Notes under the pieces: model-generated
Database searches by the model: none
Told to the model about the DNA's origin: nothing
Seen by the model: only the letters and a program-made list of their open reading frames with translations
Origin: a virus
Taxonomy: Duplodnaviria; Caudoviricetes
IMG/VR virus record: IMGVR_UViG_3300046413_000884
Location: 1 to 58,258 of that record
Strand: one strand, 5' to 3'
Length of the DNA: 58,258 bases
In this document: piece after piece, positions 15,660-24,900 of the stretch
Position numbering within the stretch: position 1 is the first letter of the stretch
How the letters are laid out: every line of letters starts with the position of its first letter
Made by a program: the position numbers and the translations under genes

Positions 15660-15898
15660 TCTCCTCCACCTCCATTTCCACCATTTCCATTGCCATTAGA
15701 ACCGTTATCACCATTAGAGTTACCATTCTTTGGTCCATTTGAATCCTCAGAATCATTATCCTTTTCTAGATAACCACCACGACCGACATGAAAACCACGA
15801 GGCATCTTCTTACACTTCTTATCATCGAAGCAATAGTATTCTCCAGTAGGGCATCTTTTTGTTGCTGCCTCTTCAATAAACCTATCGAAAGATTTCAT
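15656..15898 (-). CDS. 80-aa protein, candidate internal head protein
   Basis: N-terminus MKSFDRFIEE, a Cys cluster and a Gly/Asn-rich tail; preceded by late-promoter motifs. Confidence 0.75.
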   Translation of the reverse strand: MKSFDRFIEEAATKRCPTGEYYCFDDKKCKKMPRGFHVGRGGYLEKDNDSEDSNGPKNGNSNGDNGSNGNGNGGNGGGGE

Positions 15899-15904
15899 TC
15901 GCCT

Positions 15905-15926
15905 TATTTATTTACTTATATTTAGA
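15905..15926 (-). promoter_or_regulatory. Late promoter variants (TCTAAATA and AATAAATA)
   Basis: Directly after the gp23 terminator and upstream of 15898. Confidence 0.6.
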
Positions 15927-15927
15927 C

Positions 15928-15952
15928 AAAAAAAGGGAGTCCGAAGACTCCC
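15928..15952 (-). terminator. Rho-independent terminator after gp23
   Basis: GGGAGTC-TTCG-GACTCCC plus T7; C(UUCG)G tetraloop typical of T4-like phages. Confidence 0.93.
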
Positions 15953-15982
15953 TGATGAAATGTGAATGCCCGTAGGCAAATA

Positions 15983-17407
15983 TCACATGAGGTTTTCGAC
16001 TCTAACGCGACGATAGTAGCGGTTAGCGGACTGCTTGATGCGTCCAAGTCCTTGTGTGGTTCCTTCTGCGAAGGGGTTAGCAACCATACCATATCTCGTC
16101 TTAAATCCGATTTTTGGTTGGAAGGTGTCCTGACCAACTGCACGAACCATCTGAAGAGGAACGTAAGGGCAGTAGAACAGTCCAGCGTCATAAGGGGAAG
16201 AACCCTTATAACCAGCAACGAAGTACTGGGAAGCACGCAGGTTAGCAGAATAAGGATCGATGTATACACGATACTTACCTTGCAGAACACCAGCGAAGGT
16301 GTTACCGGTGTCGTCAACGTTAAGGTTAGCGTTGAGTGCGGGGGTGTAATCAAGTACACCAGCCATGGTGAGTGCGGAAGCAACGTCTGCGGAACACAGA
16401 ATCATGTTGCCCTTTCCTCTACGAGTGCGTTGGGCGATTGCGTTCGCTTCGCGCTCGATCTGGAACAGAAGTCCTTTGAACTTCTCAACAGACCAACGAC
16501 CGTTGGAGTCAACGTCAAGGTCAAAAGTACCAGCGGTAGCAGTGTTGGTTTGAGCACCAGGTTCTGCAGCCTTGTAGATGGTACGGATGACTTCACGGTT
16601 GATTTCAGCAAGAATCTCAGTGCTAAGGATGTTAGCGAGTTCTGCTTCAGCGTTCAGACCGTGGATTGCCTTAAGGTCTTGTGCCAGTTCCAGGGAATAC
16701 TCTGCTTTCAGAGCTCTGGACTTAGCGGTTACAGTGACTTTCTCGATCGAGAATGCCATCTGGTTGAACTGGTCGCCTGAACCATCTCCGAGGTCCTCAG
16801 CGTCACCAGTATGCATACCCTGACCTACGTTGTAGGCAAGTTGGGCTGCTGTTTGGTTGGTAAGCAGAGCAGGGTTAGTGCCAGCTTCGTTAGTCTTCTG
16901 AGCGCCAGTACCGAAACCAACAGTCTGTCCGTCAGATGCTTGACCGGTGTAGAGACCTTGCTCCAGATCACCGCCATCATTCTGACCAGAGAATGCGGTA
17001 TCTGCTTCATCAAACAGGGCTTCAGTGCCAGACTGATTGGTGTAGCGTGAACGCATCGCGAAGATAAGTCCGGTAGGACCGTTCATTGGTTGTACGCCAG
17101 CAAGGTCATATGCGACCAGGTTAGGCATAGAACGACGGATCAGGGAGATCAGTACAGGGTCGAAACCTGCAACTGGACCACCAGCGGTTGCACCGCCACC
17201 GAAACCACCGGAAGCGCCACCAGCATTAGCTGCGTTGGTAGGTGCCTCAGACAGGAAGTTTCTTTCCTCGTTCAGGAATTTTTCTTGGTTCTCCAGGAGA
17301 ACTGCGGTAACCATTCTACGATGCGAATCGGTGATTTTCTCAGCGCCTTCGTAATCGAGTAATGGTGCCCACTTCTCCTGCAGTTGTTCACCGTTGAACA
17401 TTTGCAT
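15983..17407 (-). CDS. gp23: Major capsid protein
   Basis: GVQPMNGPTGLIFAMR, KSRALKAEYSLELAQDLKAIHGL, FQPKIGFKTRYG. Confidence 0.99.
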   Translation of the reverse strand: MQMFNGEQLQEKWAPLLDYEGAEKITDSHRRMVTAVLLENQEKFLNEERNFLSEAPTNAANAGGASGGFGGGATAGGPVAGFDPVLISLIRRSMPNLVAYDLAGVQPMNGPTGLIFAMRSRYTNQSGTEALFDEADTAFSGQNDGGDLEQGLYTGQASDGQTVGFGTGAQKTNEAGTNPALLTNQTAAQLAYNVGQGMHTGDAEDLGDGSGDQFNQMAFSIEKVTVTAKSRALKAEYSLELAQDLKAIHGLNAEAELANILSTEILAEINREVIRTIYKAAEPGAQTNTATAGTFDLDVDSNGRWSVEKFKGLLFQIEREANAIAQRTRRGKGNMILCSADVASALTMAGVLDYTPALNANLNVDDTGNTFAGVLQGKYRVYIDPYSANLRASQYFVAGYKGSSPYDAGLFYCPYVPLQMVRAVGQDTFQPKIGFKTRYGMVANPFAEGTTQGLGRIKQSANRYYRRVRVENLM

Positions 17408-17458
17408 TTGATTTTTCCTCTATTAAAAGTGTTTAGGGTTTATCTTATAATGTAAAAC

Positions 17459-18553
17459 TTACTTTTTAGAAACTCTCTGCAGAGCAGTAAGATATCCTTC
17501 CATAGAACCAGAAACATTCTGGGTCATGGATGCTTCTTCTGCAATGTACTCAGAAGAATCTCTTTGAGCACTGGCATTAGGTCTGGAGGGGAAATATGCC
17601 TCTCTCAGGGTTACCAGTTTCTCACGGTAGTCTGTTTCACTATCAAACTCAACACTTTCGGCAAGAGTAGCGAGCTTCTCTTTCTGAGTGACTGCAAGTC
17701 CTTCAGAAATTTCACCTAAGATTCCATCAGATGTGGATTCTGCTAATCTTCTATTAAGAGCGACATTTCTGTCGATCTGCTCATTGAGTTTTCCTTCCAT
17801 TTCATCAAGTTTATTTACCATGCTCTCAAGTACATCATATCTATCTTCAGGGATTGAAACATAATGTTCTTCAAAAAGTTGCTTCATTCCGGTGAGGAAC
17901 GACTCAGACATTTCTGACTTAAGTCCTTCTTCAACAGTCAGTTGGTTTTCTTCCAACCACTCGGATGAAACATACTCAAGATATGAATCGACACGTTCGG
18001 TCGTTTCAGTCTTGAATGTTGCTACTTGCTCTTCAATAACAGTAGCATAGGATGCTTCCAGGTCTTCTTTGATTTCTGCAACTTTAGCATTGATTGCTGC
18101 TTCAAAGATAGTCTTTGCTTTTTCCTGGAACTCTTCGGAGAGTTCTTCGCCTTGGAGAAGTGCTTCGACATCGGCATCGATATCCAATTCAACAACTTCT
18201 TCTTCGACGACTTCTTCTTCTGTGATTTCCTCTTCAGTAACTTCCTCTTCGGAAACTACTTCTTGATCATCAGAAATCTCAGAATCTTCTTCTTCCTTCA
18301 TGCCAGCAGGCATTGCTTCTGCAGGCTTTGCGCCTTTGTTAACAACATCCTTAACTTGCTTAAGGGTAGCGCCTGGAGTCTTCAGTTTTGCTGAATCATC
18401 GTCAGGCTTGTAGTTTTCTGGGGTAGGACCGCCAAGATCTTCTACGCTTGCTCCAGATGGCTTTACCATTGGTTCTGCTGGTTTGGCACCGGCAGTTACA
18501 GCGTTTTCCTTAACGTCTACTTCCATTTCGTGTAAATTTGTGCCACTGGACAT
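17459..18553 (-). CDS. gp22: Prohead core scaffolding protein
   Basis: Acidic coiled coil, LSEEFQEKAKTIFEAA, VDSYLEYV; lies between gp21 and gp23. Confidence 0.95.
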   Translation of the reverse strand: MSSGTNLHEMEVDVKENAVTAGAKPAEPMVKPSGASVEDLGGPTPENYKPDDDSAKLKTPGATLKQVKDVVNKGAKPAEAMPAGMKEEEDSEISDDQEVVSEEEVTEEEITEEEVVEEEVVELDIDADVEALLQGEELSEEFQEKAKTIFEAAINAKVAEIKEDLEASYATVIEEQVATFKTETTERVDSYLEYVSSEWLEENQLTVEEGLKSEMSESFLTGMKQLFEEHYVSIPEDRYDVLESMVNKLDEMEGKLNEQIDRNVALNRRLAESTSDGILGEISEGLAVTQKEKLATLAESVEFDSETDYREKLVTLREAYFPSRPNASAQRDSSEYIAEEASMTQNVSGSMEGYLTALQRVSKK

Positions 18554-18601
18554 TTTAGAACTCTCCGAAAATAACCTATTTGTAGTTAATTAAACTATAT
18601 T

Positions 18602-18609
18602 TATTTATA
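18602..18609 (-). promoter_or_regulatory. T4 late promoter TATAAATA (gp22/gp23)
   Basis: Exact consensus in the gp21-gp22 gap. Confidence 0.85.
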
Positions 18610-18611
18610 AT

Positions 18612-19262
18612 TTAAAGATTTGATAGAAAATCACCCCATAACTGGAGTTTGTTTTCTTCAAGTCTGTTTTGATCAACAAGAGTATTTATCCTCTTTCTGG
18701 TATTACTGCAAAATCTTTCACGAAGGATTCCACCTTCCCAGACCCACTCTTTTCCTTCCATAATTCCGTCAACAAAAGCATCAGGTGCAGAAGGGTCAGC
18801 AACGATATCTGCGGCAGTTGCCAACATGAAATCTTCACCAACAACATTAATACCTTCGTTGTTCAGTTTTAATGAACCAACACCACGAGAAGAAACTCCG
18901 AGTTTTACACCTTCACCAATCAGTGACTGTGCAATCTTACCCATTGGGGTGCTCAAAAGTTGTGCTTTACCATAAATGTTGGAACCTCTTTGCTCAAGAG
19001 CAACAATTTTATGGGATACACGGTCAAGGTTGATAGTTGGACCATCGGGGTGACCGAGTTCTCCAAGTGCTCTACCTTTGTTGGTATACATTTCATTGTA
19101 TCTACCAACCTCTTTGCAGAGAGTCGAAATGGGATACATACGACCATTACGGTTCTTGATGTCACCCTGAAGGAAAGTTCCCTCAATGTACATCTTCTTT
19201 TTAGCACCCTTTCCTTCGGTGATAAATTCTACGGTTTCAACCTCTTCTCTGATTAGTTTCAT
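18612..19262 (-). CDS. gp21: Prohead protease
   Basis: MKLIREE, NRNGRMY, ALGELGHP, GVSSRGVGS, DIVADPSAPDA. Confidence 0.97.
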   Translation of the reverse strand: MKLIREEVETVEFITEGKGAKKKMYIEGTFLQGDIKNRNGRMYPISTLCKEVGRYNEMYTNKGRALGELGHPDGPTINLDRVSHKIVALEQRGSNIYGKAQLLSTPMGKIAQSLIGEGVKLGVSSRGVGSLKLNNEGINVVGEDFMLATAADIVADPSAPDAFVDGIMEGKEWVWEGGILRERFCSNTRKRINTLVDQNRLEENKLQLWGDFLSNL

Positions 19263-19267
19263 TTTTC

Positions 19268-19525
19268 TTAGTTTCTGTAAGCAACTTTTACAACTTTAAC
19301 TGAAGCACCATTTGAAGCGGCAGATAGTTTATCAGTAGGTTCTTTTTCAAGAACAACGGTCTCACCATTTTTTACCGTAAGACTTCCGATAGCATTATCA
19401 CTTGCATCAGTTCTTGAAATAACTAATGCTGCAGAGTGACCGTTATACAGTCTAACTACAGTTGCATTACCAACATTACCAGCAGCATTTAAATTTGTTT
19501 CTGCTGCTAAGACCTTAATCAGCAT
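19268..19525 (-). CDS. Conserved hypothetical protein (head cluster)
   Basis: Fills the gap before gp21; beta-rich, VLEKEPTD. Confidence 0.8.
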   Translation of the reverse strand: MLIKVLAAETNLNAAGNVGNATVVRLYNGHSAALVISRTDASDNAIGSLTVKNGETVVLEKEPTDKLSAASNGASVKVVKVAYRN

Positions 19526-19751
19526 CTTCGTCTCCGGTTTGTGTTTCTTCCTCTTCGTCCTCTTCGGACTCTACTTCAACTTCATCGGTTTCATCTTCTA
19601 CTTCTTCATCACCAAATACAGAAGCACCGATTTCTGGTCGGATTGCATCTATTTTAGATGAAGATTTAGCATACAAAATTTCTTTAATTTTGTCACTAAC
19701 CTCAGATGGAGATGATTCATTACCCACCAACATATTCATTAAATCATCCAT
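19515..19751 (-). CDS. Acidic small protein, probable prohead core protein (gp67-like by position)
   Basis: Follows the portal gene; IKEILYAKS..KID..RP and a very acidic tail. Confidence 0.7.
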   Translation of the reverse strand: MDDLMNMLVGNESSPSEVSDKIKEILYAKSSSKIDAIRPEIGASVFGDEEVEDETDEVEVESEEDEEEETQTGDEDAD

Positions 19752-19781
19752 TTTGTATCAAAAATTATAAGAACTATTATT

Positions 19782-19789
19782 TATTTATA
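19782..19789 (-). promoter_or_regulatory. T4 late promoter TATAAATA
   Basis: Exact consensus containing the gp20 TAA stop. Confidence 0.85.
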
Positions 19790-21470
19790 TCTCACCACCT
19801 TCTGGTGCTTCAACTGCCTTCTCTTGACCTGCTAAATCTGGTTCATTGACAGGTGCTCCGAGACTCATTGGATCTGCATTTGGATCAATTGGTAATCCAG
19901 TATTTGGGTCAATAGGAACATTTGGATCAGGAAGAATACCTGCTTCAATTTCTTTTTCAATCTGTTGATCCATTTCAATGATTTCAGTTTCAGTCTGCTT
20001 CAGAATTTTATTTCTCACATAATATGCAGAAAAATATCTACCCATATAGGGTTCCATTGCAGCAATAACACCAAGTTGCTCATTGAGAAGTTCATTCTCC
20101 TTGAGGTCAGAGAAGTGATTATCATACAGATAATCATACTGGATATGATCTTCTAATTCCTGCCAATCATCAGCAGTGATGATATTCTTTAGAATCAACT
20201 GGGTCTTCAACATATCGTTGAACATTCCAGAAAATCTTTTACGCAGTCTACCAACAAACTTGGTAAACTTAAGTTCATCACGCAAAATTTCAGAAGAACG
20301 ACCAAGATTAAATCCACCAGAACTATCAAGTCTACTAGAAGGAACGTTCAGTGATTTGTAGAGTTTAGTCTGAAAGTAATCAACGTCAGACAATTCTCCA
20401 AGGTTTTGACCACCAGGTAGTGTAGAAATCTCAGTTCCTCTACCACCTTCTCTTCTAGGTAACCAGAAATCCTCAAGCATTGCCATATGCTTACGGTCAT
20501 CACGGATTTCTCCAGTACTCGCATTATATACAAGTTTATTACGATAGCGATTCATCACATCGCGTAGATATTGTTCTGCTTTTACCTTGGGCAGATTGCC
20601 AACATCAATATAGAAAATTCTACGTTCTGGAGCACGAGACAGTCTGTAAATAACAAGACTGTCTTCAACCATTCTCAATTGATTAAGTGCCTTGATTGCT
20701 TTATGCAAATAAGATAAAATTGTTTGCTTATTCCTATCTACCAATCCAGAGGTTACAAATACAATTGCATCTTTTGAAATTTTTACTGCACCTTTGGCAT
20801 TTCTGTTTGGATAAATTCCACCACCACCTTTTTGTGCAGAGTTAGGATCATAAAGATAATACTCTTCTACTTCAGGTGTCTTATAATTCTCTGGATTAGT
20901 GGGATCTTTTCCATTTCTTGCAACATTAAATGGAGATTCAGAATTTGGTCCGCCTTTTTCTTGCTTACGGATTAAACGAATTTTAAGTGGATCAATATAT
21001 CTAATATCCTGAATGCCAGCAGATGGATCATTAAGATCAATTACTTTATGGTAAAATATTCTTCCATCAATGTACCAATTCCTAAAAATTTCATGAGCCT
21101 TCCTATCGAAGTTCATCATGTTTTTGATATTTTGAAACTCTTCTCTAATAAGATCTTTTAGTTTATCCGAAGCAGGAAGGTTTGATAACTCAACTTGTAC
21201 TGGTGAATCATTGAGATCAGAAACAATTGCTTCATTTACAATATCTTCAATCGCACTATCACACTCAGGATGTAAACACATCTCACGATATCTACGAATC
21301 AAATCCTGCTCAGACTTATAAACTCCCTCGATATCTACGTATTGACCGTAGAAACCGCTGGAGAGATAAAAATCTGATTTGTCCTCATCTGTTTGAGGTA
21401 CAGGGGAGACAATGCCTTTCGACTTGTTCTCCCCCGGATCTGGTAGTTTAAAACCAAATAATTTAGACAT
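19785..21470 (-). CDS. gp20: Portal vertex protein
   Basis: LVIYRLSRAPERRIFYIDVGNLPK, EDFWLPRREGGRGTEI. Confidence 0.99.
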   Translation of the reverse strand: MSKLFGFKLPDPGENKSKGIVSPVPQTDEDKSDFYLSSGFYGQYVDIEGVYKSEQDLIRRYREMCLHPECDSAIEDIVNEAIVSDLNDSPVQVELSNLPASDKLKDLIREEFQNIKNMMNFDRKAHEIFRNWYIDGRIFYHKVIDLNDPSAGIQDIRYIDPLKIRLIRKQEKGGPNSESPFNVARNGKDPTNPENYKTPEVEEYYLYDPNSAQKGGGGIYPNRNAKGAVKISKDAIVFVTSGLVDRNKQTILSYLHKAIKALNQLRMVEDSLVIYRLSRAPERRIFYIDVGNLPKVKAEQYLRDVMNRYRNKLVYNASTGEIRDDRKHMAMLEDFWLPRREGGRGTEISTLPGGQNLGELSDVDYFQTKLYKSLNVPSSRLDSSGGFNLGRSSEILRDELKFTKFVGRLRKRFSGMFNDMLKTQLILKNIITADDWQELEDHIQYDYLYDNHFSDLKENELLNEQLGVIAAMEPYMGRYFSAYYVRNKILKQTETEIIEMDQQIEKEIEAGILPDPNVPIDPNTGLPIDPNADPMSLGAPVNEPDLAGQEKAVEAPEGGEI

Positions 21471-21498
21471 TAATCAAAGTTTGAACTTATTATTCTAC

Positions 21499-21506
21499 TA
21501 TTTATA
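21499..21506 (-). promoter_or_regulatory. T4 late promoter TATAAATA (gp20)
   Basis: Exact consensus containing the gp19 TAA stop. Confidence 0.85.
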
Positions 21507-22137
21507 CTCCAGTTCCTAACTGACTTGTGCCGTCAGGATTCAGTGCTTCACTCCACTGAACTTCCATGGTTACTGAAAATTCCTCAATTGTATCAGAACT
21601 ATCGTAAGATAGTGCGATATCAGAGACGTTAGTTGGGAATGAACCATAGAATTTGTACTGCTTGAGTACAGGAATTTGTGCATCGGTAGTTGGTTGGACA
21701 CCACCTACTTGTGCTCTTCCAAGTTGCTTGACATACATATCCTGCTGATATTCAGTTGGATTTGTAATTCCAGCGTTATCTTCATGCTTGTTGATGAGAT
21801 TCATCCATCTCTCGAAAGCAGTTCTGATAGTGAAATCAACATCATTGATGATGGTGATGGTCCATGGATCGAATGTTCTGTCTCCAGCAACTTTCAGGTT
21901 TCTACCCCTGAAAGGAATGTTGATTGGAGAGATGTTAGAAGCAGGAAGGTTTGCTGCCTTAACCATAAAACGAGTTCTGTCGGTTAAAGCATCCTTCGAT
22001 GTTCCTTCGGGGATAGCGTCATCGGGGAAGTACAATTCACACTCAAATAGATTGGGTCTTGCACCTCCACCGATCATTCTGCCCTTAAATGCATCAAGGG
22101 TTCTGTCCTTGGTATTTGGAGCGTTACGGTTTGCCAT
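21502..22137 (-). CDS. gp19: Tail tube protein
   Basis: GGARPNLF, AGDRTFDPWTITIIND, FPTNVSDIALSYD, IEEFSVT. Confidence 0.97.
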   Translation of the reverse strand: MANRNAPNTKDRTLDAFKGRMIGGGARPNLFECELYFPDDAIPEGTSKDALTDRTRFMVKAANLPASNISPINIPFRGRNLKVAGDRTFDPWTITIINDVDFTIRTAFERWMNLINKHEDNAGITNPTEYQQDMYVKQLGRAQVGGVQPTTDAQIPVLKQYKFYGSFPTNVSDIALSYDSSDTIEEFSVTMEVQWSEALNPDGTSQLGTGV

Positions 22138-22165
22138 TAGATGTTTCCTCTATTGTGTGAATTAA

Positions 22166-24589
22166 TTAAACGTTACCAACGACTTCTTCAAAACTTACTC
22201 CGGTGCGGGTAGCAACGAATGTAAGACCGATGAAGTTGATTGATCTTGCGGGTTTGACAAAGATGTCTGCTCTAAACTGATTAGAGTCAACAATGTCTGG
22301 AGTATTGTTAGTCTCATCGCAGATTACGACGAAATCGGTAACACCTCTCTTTGCCTTAACATCACGAAGGAATGGTTCGACAATATTGACGAAATTGGAT
22401 CTTGTAATAACATCGTTGAATTCAAAGAGTTGATCCTTTGCTGCTCTTTCGATTGAATCCTCAATGGTGAGGAATAGACGACGAACGTTGATTCTATCGA
22501 ATGCAGAAGCGAAGGAAAGTCCAGTCTTATCACCGAAGAGTTGAATTCCAGAACCGCCTTGGGCGACAATTGGGTTAATTCTCTTAGGATAGATTAGATC
22601 TCTCTGTGCTTGTGAAGGATTATAAGCAAGTTTCACTGCACCATTGATTGCTCCTCTTGAGGAACCAGCAGGTGAGAACCAGGAGAACTGGTTTATTGAA
22701 GTTCTTGCCATCAGACCAGCAACGTCAGCGTTACATGGGATGTAACGGAATTCATTGTTGAATCTATCGAAGGTGTACTTATATCCTGAGTCAAAGACTG
22801 CGTAGGAAGAAGAAGTCAGAGCATCAAAGAACTGAATAAGTTTGTCTGTCTGTGTATCAGAGTTAGATTCATTAACGAATCCAGAACTATGAGGAGAGAT
22901 ACAAGCGATACAATCCTTTCTGAGTTCAGCAATTTCAATCAGTTTGTTTGCTTTTGCCTGTGAATCAAAGACTGATGTTCCACCAGAAGGTCCATTGATT
23001 AAGAAGTCAATTGAATATTCAGCAGGATTCTTGAGGACTTCATAAGAATTTACAACATCTGCAAGTGTTACGGCAAATCCATCAGCAGCAGTGTAGTTTT
23101 TACCACCGGTAAGATTATATGTTTTTGCACCTTCAACGTTGAACGTTGTTCCTTGTGCAACTCCACCCCACGCTCCAGATGCTGCAGTGAATGCACCACC
23201 TGATCCAGAAGTAAGTCCACCAGAAACTCCAACTGGATGTGCTCCAGAGAAAACATATTCAGAAAGACGAGCAATGCTGTTTTTGTAGTATACTGCCTCA
23301 GTTGGTGAGATAGTGCCATCAGATGATTTGGTGAGGAAGGTAAACTTCTCAACAATATTTCCAGCAGTTCCGGTTACAGAACCAGTATCGTCAACTATAA
23401 CTACGTGAATCTCATCGTTTTTTGCACTTCTTTCAGAAGCATACTGTGAAGTGCCGGGTTTCTGTGCGATTGACTTCCAGGAAACTGTGGAGTTTGTAAG
23501 TCCCAGAGTCTGACTATTATACCAATCAGCAAGAGTGGCAGAAGTGTAAGTTGCTAGTCCAACAGCAGATGCATTTCTAACACGAAGTTCGTTAGTGCTA
23601 GTAGTAGTTGAAGATGATCTTGTAAATGTAAAGATCGCACCATCTCCAGCAGTACTGATACCGCTGATTGCCTGGTCAACAAATACTGTATCAACACCAA
23701 GACCTATAACTTTAGTTCCTGTGGGAACAGTTGAATTGCCACCAGTTACAGTAACAACGTCTCCGACTGCAATGTTTGAATCAATACCAGAAGCAGCAGA
23801 AGTTGTAGTGATGCCACTGATTGAAGCATCAAATGCTGCATCAATAACACCAACGGTTGTACCAATACCAGTATTAGTGGTCGTACTCGTTGTAGATGGA
23901 GCAATGAATGCTAACGAACCTCCTTCCTGATAACCAGCAGCACTAGAAGTTCCGTTAGCAGCAACTCTGTCTGTAACTTTAACCGAGATTTGGCCAAGAC
24001 CAACTTCTGTGATGATTCCTCTCAACATTCCGTCATATACGGAAGTGCTTCCAGAACCAGCATTTACTCTTCCAGCAATAGTCTGGGTAACACCCATTCC
24101 GACTGTAACACCAGTAGTAGTGATACCGGAGATAATTTGATCGGCAGCACCGTCAATGGTGCAGACCTTAAGTTTGTTTGCCCACTTTCCGGGGTTCTTT
24201 GCTGCATACTCCCAAGAGACGCCAACAGAACTATTATTATTTACATAATCCTCATAGGATTTGATTTTAACACTACTGGAACCGTCATTGTTGGCATTAT
24301 TGAGATGACTACCAGCAGACTCGTCAGATCTGAGAACTCTCAGAGTTCCACCATAAGAAAGATAGGAAGACGCACTCAACCAGTAGTCACACTGTGCGTC
24401 GGTTGTAATTGGCTTACCAAAGGTTCTAAGAAGATCTTGCTCTGTTTCAATCAGAATAGGAACATTAATAGGTCCTTTTTCAAATGGACCTGCAATTGCA
24501 CCAACTTGGTCATTTGCAGCATCCACTCTACCGATTGTTAAGTCAACTTCTCTTACCTTGACGCCGGGGGATACTAGGTTAAGCGACAT
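22166..24589 (-). CDS. gp18: Tail sheath protein
   Basis: SPGVKVREVDLT, WFSPAG..RG, AFDRINVRRLF, KPARSINFI. Confidence 0.98.
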   Translation of the reverse strand: MSLNLVSPGVKVREVDLTIGRVDAANDQVGAIAGPFEKGPINVPILIETEQDLLRTFGKPITTDAQCDYWLSASSYLSYGGTLRVLRSDESAGSHLNNANNDGSSSVKIKSYEDYVNNNSSVGVSWEYAAKNPGKWANKLKVCTIDGAADQIISGITTTGVTVGMGVTQTIAGRVNAGSGSTSVYDGMLRGIITEVGLGQISVKVTDRVAANGTSSAAGYQEGGSLAFIAPSTTSTTTNTGIGTTVGVIDAAFDASISGITTTSAASGIDSNIAVGDVVTVTGGNSTVPTGTKVIGLGVDTVFVDQAISGISTAGDGAIFTFTRSSSTTTSTNELRVRNASAVGLATYTSATLADWYNSQTLGLTNSTVSWKSIAQKPGTSQYASERSAKNDEIHVVIVDDTGSVTGTAGNIVEKFTFLTKSSDGTISPTEAVYYKNSIARLSEYVFSGAHPVGVSGGLTSGSGGAFTAASGAWGGVAQGTTFNVEGAKTYNLTGGKNYTAADGFAVTLADVVNSYEVLKNPAEYSIDFLINGPSGGTSVFDSQAKANKLIEIAELRKDCIACISPHSSGFVNESNSDTQTDKLIQFFDALTSSSYAVFDSGYKYTFDRFNNEFRYIPCNADVAGLMARTSINQFSWFSPAGSSRGAINGAVKLAYNPSQAQRDLIYPKRINPIVAQGGSGIQLFGDKTGLSFASAFDRINVRRLFLTIEDSIERAAKDQLFEFNDVITRSNFVNIVEPFLRDVKAKRGVTDFVVICDETNNTPDIVDSNQFRADIFVKPARSINFIGLTFVATRTGVSFEEVVGNV

Positions 24590-24626
24590 GTCTTTTCCTC
24601 GACCGAAGATTCATTTTTACTAAAAC

Positions 24627-24634
24627 TATTTAGA
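24627..24634 (-). promoter_or_regulatory. Late promoter variant TCTAAATA (gp18)
   Basis: One mismatch to TATAAATA, about 40 nt upstream of gp18. Confidence 0.65.
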
Positions 24635-24672
24635 ATTTTGAACTCGTAGAGTGGGAAAACTGTGCATGAACA

Positions 24673-24900
24673 TTACCAATCCGGGTATATATCTTTAACC
24701 CTATTTTTTTCTTTTCTGGATTTAGTTACTCTTTTCTTTGTACACTCCTTACACTCATAAGAATATGATGATGGGAACATACCTCTATTCTTTCTAATGA
24801 GGTAAAATCCATCAATTAAATCTTTAGTGACACCACAAGTTCTACATTTTCTTTCTTTGAACAGTAGATGTTCTAATCCAAACTGCTCATCAAAGTCCAT
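24673..24900 (-). CDS. Small zinc-ribbon protein
   Basis: CRTC...CKEC; start MDFDEQF with TAATG coupling to gp17. Confidence 0.75.
   Translation of the reverse strand: MDFDEQFGLEHLLFKERKCRTCGVTKDLIDGFYLIRKNRGMFPSSYSYECKECTKKRVTKSRKEKNRVKDIYPDW

Noticed and set aside
15962-16780. 272-aa plus-strand ORF antisense to gp23 (also 16811-17050 and 17090-17362)
   Set aside because: Exactly in codon register with gp23. It is explained by avoidance of TTA/CTA/TCA codons in a highly expressed gene, and the translation shows no recognisable motif.
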